Source of the DNA: Opitutales bacterium
Lineage (GTDB): Bacteria > Verrucomicrobiota > Verrucomicrobiia > Opitutales > Coraliomargaritaceae
Direction: 5' to 3'
DNA length: 64,000 nucleotides
Assembly (NCBI GenBank): GCA_049598495.1
Contig: JBMYNR010000003.1
Coordinates: 1 to 64,000, forward strand
The translations under genes were made by a program, and so were the position numbers. Below, piece by piece: positions 62,104 to 64,000 of the stretch; the stretch's first letter is position 1; every line of letters begins with the position of its first letter. Below the pieces are notes generated by a model. That model was given only the letters and a program-made list of their open reading frames with translations, searched no databases and had not been told where the DNA came from.

Positions 62104-62611
62104 GGTTGTATATACGTAACCATATTTTTCGTAATTTCAAGTCTGACTTGGTTGTAACATCGGTAAGCTGGGCGACAAAATCTTAGCTTAGCGAACTGGA
62201 TGCCCACCGCACCACGCTACAAACGAGAACGCTCTCTCCACTCAGACCTCAGGCTTCAAGTCTCAGCCCTCAACGACCCTCAGGTCTCAGGTATCATTCC
62301 TCATCCTTCAGACAACAATGGTCTCTTGCTCGAAATCGAAGATCCCGATCCTTGGGCGCAAGATAACGAACCCGTCTTCTGGGTCGATTGAGAAGACCGC
62401 GCACAACCCAACGCTTAGCCATTCATTCGATGGTGAAAGGTTGGCTCGTGCCCTGCATACCACACAAAGGCTATTTAACCTTGCTAACTGACGACTGATT
62501 GCACTTTCTGTCTGCAGCTATCAATTCACAGCCGAAGAGCGCCTTCCATCGTTCAAAATTCACCCTTCAAACTTCAAAACGCACCCCTCTCCCTTCAACC
62601 CTCACCCCCGG

Positions 62612-62866
62612 CGGCTGTCGGAAGTCGTAAGCCACTGCGTGGATGAACCACAAGTGTTGTATAACCGCAAGAAGCCGGTTGCTGCGCTGATCGACATGGA
62701 AGAATACGAGCGATTTCTCGAATACAAGCAGTCGAAAAAGAAGAAATCTATCGCGGAGTGGCTGGATGAATTGGACGAGATTAAGAAGCAAGAGCCAGGC
62801 GATTTTAAACTTCCGCCGCGTACCAGTCGGCCGATTCCTTACTTGGATGAATGGAGCGACGAATGA
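62612..62866 (+). CDS. Phd/YefM-family antitoxin, N-terminally truncated (only start is GTG 62639)
   Basis: RLSEVVSHCVDEPQVLYNRKKPVAALI..EEY; homology extends upstream of the first start codon. Confidence 0.7.
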   Translation, partial: RLSEVVSHCVDEPQVLYNRKKPVAALIDMEEYERFLEYKQSKKKKSIAEWLDELDEIKKQEPGDFKLPPRTSRPIPYLDEWSDE

Positions 62867-63264
62867 AGCACTGGCTCTGCGACAGCAACATCATCAGCGA
62901 GGAAATGAGGCCCAAGCCAAACGCTCAAGTGCGCACATGGCTCAAGGAACAGGAACTCATATACATTAGTGCCATCACCGTTAATGAAATCACCTTCGGC
63001 CTGCGTTTACGGAATATGCAAAAACGCATGTCATGGTTTGAGGCCTTTCTCGAAGACAGTTGTGAGATATTGGACGTCAGCACCAAAATCGCACAGCGAG
63101 CAGGAAACGTTCGAGCCGATTTAGCCAAGAAAGGCCACTCACGCGAACAATCAGACATGCTCATCGCCGCCACCGCGTGGGCACATGGGTTGCCTCTAGC
63201 TAGTCGCAACACCCGCGACTTTGAGGGCACAGGCATCGCATTGTTTAATCCATTCGAAGGCTGA
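62863..63264 (+). CDS. vapC: VapC PIN toxin
   Basis: [41 protein letters not shown] overlap with the antitoxin. Confidence 0.92.
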   Translation: MKHWLCDSNIISEEMRPKPNAQVRTWLKEQELIYISAITVNEITFGLRLRNMQKRMSWFEAFLEDSCEILDVSTKIAQRAGNVRADLAKKGHSREQSDMLIAATAWAHGLPLASRNTRDFEGTGIALFNPFEG

Positions 63265-63265
63265 C

Positions 63266-64000
63266 CTACTCCACCTGTAGAATAAGACCCTTAAGATAGC
63301 GACTCTCCGGCAGATTCAAAAGCACCGGAAAATCAAAGGGCTGCGCGGTTCGGGCGAAGGTCCGAGCCTCCCGACCGGCTGCGGCACAAGAACGAGCCAC
63401 CGCGTCCTCAAAGTCGGCCGCAGCGGTCCTTGCCGATCGACAGTAAGTCGCAAGCAAACCGCCCGCCGGCAAGCAATTGAAGGCGGCTGTGTGAAGCGAC
63501 TCGAGGGCAGCTGAATCGAAGACATCCGCGCCCGGCGGATCCAGAATGATCGCATCCAACTCCCCCGGTTTTCGCTCTGCAAGGAAGGCAGCCACATCGG
63601 CTTGGATGGTTTCGATGAAGCACTGGTTCTTCTGGGCGCTCGCGCCGATTGCCTTGACGCATGCGTCCGAGATATCAACCGCGACGACATGCTCCGCCCC
63701 GTGGCGGGCCGCCTGCAGAGCAAAAGCACCGCTGTGCGCGAAGCCATCCAGCACGACACGGCCTTCGCAAAGACTCCCGAGGAGGCCATGCTGCTCACGC
63801 TGATCGAGGAAGTAGCTCGGCTTGTCCGGATTGAGCCAATCGAGACGATGAAAAAGTCCGTCGATCTCCAGCCAGCGCGCCTTTAGGTTCTGACCACTGA
63901 GGGTTCGGGGGCCGGGTTCTTCGAGAAAGACAATCTCCTTCGGTTCACAAGCCTCCTGCAGGCACCCGACGATCTCCCCCATCGCCGCATCGACGATTGG
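63266..64000 (-). CDS. RlmI-like class I SAM-dependent rRNA methyltransferase, 5' part outside the window
   Basis: FLDQRE, VLDGF..SG.F, VD.S, IILDPP, PES.YLKG. Confidence 0.8.
   Translation of the reverse strand, partial: PIVDAAMGEIVGCLQEACEPKEIVFLEEPGPRTLSGQNLKARWLEIDGLFHRLDWLNPDKPSYFLDQREQHGLLGSLCEGRVVLDGFAHSGAFALQAARHGAEHVVAVDISDACVKAIGASAQKNQCFIETIQADVAAFLAERKPGELDAIILDPPGADVFDSAALESLHTAAFNCLPAGGLLATYCRSARTAAADFEDAVARSCAAAGREARTFARTAQPFDFPVLLNLPESRYLKGLILQVE

Noticed and set aside
62200..62391. 63-aa ORF with an acidic tail (EDPDPWAQDNEPVFWVD), perhaps a transposase 3' remnant
   Set aside because: Runs through a heptamer repeat tract; similarity too short to support without a search

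Overview
Chromosomal window from a Verrucomicrobiota bacterium, most likely Opitutae (Coraliomargarita/Puniceicoccaceae-like). This is inferred from the PVC-type RpoB insert, the divergent EF-Tu switch-I loop and the verrucomicrobial pilin cassette. The first ~10 kb is accessory. It holds an IS1182 end, higBA, a decayed IS91-family rolling-circle element whose oriIS-like end lies downstream of a T-rich cstA gene (with an IS110 scrap at the junction), sbtAB, an apparently complete group II intron, several REP-like families, and a two-gene operon of tiny paralogous membrane proteins behind a long structured leader. The core part holds tRNA-Thr-tuf-tRNA-Trp-secE-nusG-rplKAJL-rpoBC, trhO, a DEAD helicase, an orphan NusG paralogue, five pilin-like genes, coaD, MFS and ABC transporters, ptsH, yicC, aroE-ftsH-tilS-speA-gcvH, a protease/FG-GAP trio, mutY-SET-gspE, rpsO-pnp and two PIN-type TA pairs. 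Best novelty candidates: the small membrane-protein pair with its leader (8.8-9.6 kb), cstA inside an IS91-like element next to sbtAB, an L10-leader-like RNA placed between rplJ and rplL, and a structured rpsO leader. All calls come from reading motifs by eye; no database searches or folding programs were run.
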